Origin: Eledone cirrhosa
Taxonomy: Eukaryota
Direction: 5' to 3'
Assembly: GCA_964016885.1 (NCBI GenBank)
Contig: OZ024741.1
Location: forward strand, 288,300,001-288,364,000
Length of the DNA: 64,000 bases
The notes under the pieces are model-generated. The model was not told the origin of the DNA. It was given only the letters and a program-made list of their open reading frames with translations, and did no database searches. Position numbers and translations under genes: made by a program. Of the stretch, positions 60,400-64,000 are shown piece after piece; the stretch's first letter is position 1, and every line of letters begins with the position of its first letter.

Positions 60400-61020
60400 A
60401 TATATCTAATATATATTTGTGAAATGGGTGGTGATTGAAATTCAGATGTGCACGGTTAAATGGTAGTAGACGCGGTCGGACTGACATGAAAATTTACACA
60501 CCTATGTAAAAAGTGCCAAGGAAGCAAATAGACGAGGTTTCAAATCTCTAACTTGAAAAATGTGGTCCCTGGGGCCCCAAAACTATCGCGTTCGGTGAGT
60601 TATTTCCCTCTGTTCTAATACTTTTGTCTTATTTACAATATCAATACTTCAGTGCTGCTTCGAAAACTATACTTTTACAAAATCATCGGCTTTTTCCAAA
60701 AGGAGGTTCCTTCCCCCAGGGGTCCCCTACCCAATATGTGCCAATTCTGAGAGTTCACATTCATCTGTAGGACAAACGTAGCCCATGTGTCAAGTTTTGT
60801 GAATATCGGTTGCGAACTCCAGAAGTTATGACGTTTTGTTACATTGCACTGCAGTGCTTCAGTCGACTCCAAGGAAGTGGTTAAAGTGGTTAAAGGGGTT
60901 ATCTGTCGGGGGGCCCTATAATCAATATCTGGAAAAATAACAGTGCCCATGGCCATCCGGAGTACATAAGTAACCTATGTACCTATGTCTTAAGTTTGTT
61001 GAAAATACTGTAGAAATGCA
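60400..61020 (+). mobile_element. Helitron/Helentron-like non-autonomous repeat (shared ~250 bp also at 62060-62310 and 63400-63650)
   Basis: Three near-identical copies start atatatctaatatatatttgtgaaatgg. The class assignment is tentative. Confidence 0.5.
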
Positions 61021-61306
61021 TAAGGTTTATACATACGCGCGTGTGTGTGTGTGTGTGTGTGGGGGGGGGTATGTATTTGTGTGTGCGTATGTATGTGTAT
61101 GTCCGTCGGGGCATACGTATGTACTGGCCTAAATCTTCACTATTTACTTAACCCGGGACTCTCACACACACACATATATATATACATGTGTACGAAAGAG
61201 CGAGTGACAGGTAGGAGCAGAAAATTCGCCTGATGGAGAAATAGAGATAAAGACAGTGAGATGTCACATTTACATATAAATCGAACATACTCACACACAT
61301 TATATA

Positions 61307-61613
61307 TGTGGATTGGCAGTATCGGTAGAGGGTCGGACGCCATGCTTTCCAGCATAGTTACGTCCCTTTACCATCTGAGTTCAAATCCCGCCGAGGTTGA
61401 CTTTGCCTTTCATCCTTACGGGGTCGATAAAATAAAGTACCAGTAATGCACTGGGTAATTGCTGGCCTTGTGCCTAAAGTAGAAACAATTATATATATAT
61501 AATGAGTTCAAATCCCGCCGAGGTTGAGTTTGCCTTTCATCCTTACGGGGTCGATAAAATAAAGTACCAGTAATGCACTGGGTAATTGCTGGCCTTGTGC
61601 CTAAAGTAGAAAC

Positions 61614-61617
<4 letters not shown>
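61307..61617 (+). mobile_element. tRNA-like SINE with a tandem partial copy (61503-61617)
   Basis: A and B boxes are present and the 3' body is duplicated. Confidence 0.85.
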
Positions 61618-61702
<85 letters not shown>

Positions 61703-62356
61703 CGCATACATACGCACACACACAAAATTGGAGAGAGTCTAAGTGAAACATCCGCAAACACTGGCCCGCTCTCACAAATGTATAAACAGATAATCATACG
61801 CATACAGTCAGTTACACACAAAACGATATAAAGTTAGTGACCTCTATAACACATATATACAAACATGTATATAAATATACACACGTTTTCTTACATAAAT
61901 ACATTGCTGCATACCTGTACAGAGAAAACACGAATGAAAGGAGATACACATTAACAAAGACAAATAGAAATTTGAGGAACTCACAGATAAACGTATATAA
62001 TATACACAACTTGAGACACATACATACTGCCAAATGAACATAGTTAGACACATTATATATATCTAATATATATTTGTGAAATGGGTGGTGGTGGAAATTC
62101 AGATGTGCACGGTTAAATGGTAGTAGACGCGGTCGGACTGACATGAAAATTTACACACCTATGTAAAAAGTGCCAAGGAAGCAAATAGACGAGGTTTCAA
62201 ATCTCTAACTTGAAAAATGTGGTCTCTGGGGCCCCAAAACTATCGCGTTCGGTGAGTTATTTCCCCCTGTTCTAATACTTTTGTCTTATTTACAATTTCA
62301 TACAAATAAAGCAGTAAATAAAGGATTATGAGTTCATGCAATTGACTTATGTTTCG

Positions 62357-62387
<31 letters not shown>

Positions 62388-62827
62388 GATATGAAAACGC
62401 TTTAATAAAAAAAAATATCAACTGTAATGTATGTATGCATGTATTTATGTGTTTATATGAGCGGAGATGTGCAAGTAAATCTTATTTTGTGAACAGCTTA
62501 TCCTTAGCGTAATATTCATGCTAGAACAGCATATATTTGAAAATTTTCAGGGAGTTGAATTACTGATTTTGGATCGGCAGCTTTAGCTTTGAAAAAATGA
62601 AATGTGCAGTGTAAACATTTTTTATTATTCCTCCGGGGATGAATCTTCTCTGCCTTTTTCCATCTCTTTCTTTCTCTCTGGAAGAAATCAGCCGTAGTAA
62701 GACCTAAAAAAATGGTTAGATACACCATGACGCACCGTGCATCACGGTGGAGTTAAAAAGCAGACTCAGAACATGGCGTTGTGTGGGGGTGGCTCGCAGC
62801 CCAATGCTCCAGGGGGAGCAGAAGAAG

Positions 62828-62858
<31 letters not shown>

Positions 62859-64000
62859 TATTTCGAGAAACGTTGCAACCGTACGAAAACAGGAAGACGA
62901 TATTTTGGTTCGTTGAGACGTTCCCTGGCAATGAACGGGAAAAAAGCGAGGATAATACATCGTTATGTGGTGCGTAAAGAACAATTTCATGCAAAGACAA
63001 GACCAAGTTTATGGTATAAATGGCGTCGTTAGACTAATATTCTATTTAAAATAACAGAATGATTTCCAGCCCCGGAGTTTAAGAATGATGTAAATAAAAT
63101 TGAAAACGAAAATGACAGAGGTTATTAAAATAGTAAAAGTAAATAGTGAAGATTTAGGCTAGTACATACGTATGCCCCGACGGACATACACATACATACG
63201 CACACACATATACATACCCCCCCCCCCCGCACACACACATACAAACACACTGCACACCTGTATAGAGAAAACACGAATGAAAGGAGATACACATTATCAG
63301 AGACAAATAGAAATTTGAGGAACTCACAGATAAACTTCAATATACACAACTTGAGACACATACATACTGCTAAATGAACATAGTTAGACACATTATATAT
63401 ATCTAATATATATTTGTGAAATGGGTGGTGGTTGAAATTCAGATGTGCACGGTTAAATGGTAGTAGACGCGGTCGGACTGACATGAAAATTTACACACCT
63501 ATGTAAAAAGTGCCAAGGAAGCAAATAGACGAGGTTTCAAATCTCTAACTTGAAAAATGTGGTCCCTGGGGCCCCAAAGCTATCGCGTTCGGTGAGTTAT
63601 TTCCCCCTGTTCTAATACTTTTGTTTTATTTACAATTTCATACAAATTTTTAAATTCATCAACGTTCTTTCGCTGTTAACATACAAATAATTTGAAAAAT
63701 ATTATTGAAAGTTTATTATAAAGAAGCAGTTTCAGGAAAAAGTGTAAACTATCATACAAACCTTCATAATATGCATTTTTAAACTTGCATATCATCAACA
63801 TTGCTATTTCGCTGTTAATAAACTATCATCCTTCTACATTTAACGATCATACAGTACCGTTTTATGAAATCGATTCTGCAGTACGGTCACTGTTTTCCAT
63901 CAAAAGAAATAAAACCCTTAAATTGCGAAGAAGGGACGCGTGTTTTTATTTTAATTCTAATACATGTTAACCACCACTAACAATAAGTAGTATTTTTCAA

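Overview
This is AT-rich, microsatellite-saturated animal DNA. The SINE family and the (TA)/(CA)/(TATG) density resemble an octopus or other cephalopod genome; that is an inference. I found no credible host protein-coding gene, and almost all ORFs in the track are repeat artefacts. The window is a mosaic of mobile elements: a decayed Gypsy LTR element, two R4/Dong-like RLE LINE copies, a CRE-like fragment, several Penelope-like (RT/GIY-YIG) fragments, RTE, CR1 and Tx1/L1 fragments, mariner/Tc1 pieces and MITEs, non-autonomous Helitrons, tRNA-like SINEs and two minisatellites. The main hidden structure is about 20 type I hammerhead ribozyme (HHR) motifs from at least 8 unrelated repeat families, all folded by eye. 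They include an ORF-less 420-bp tandem/inverted retrozyme-like family with stem covariation, and families with the compensatory U3-A8 core. A second system centres on (TATG)n: a bipartite RTE-derived element carries (TATG)n tails and inserts at TATG, and the 5' junctions of both R4/Dong-like LINE copies abut the same repeat.
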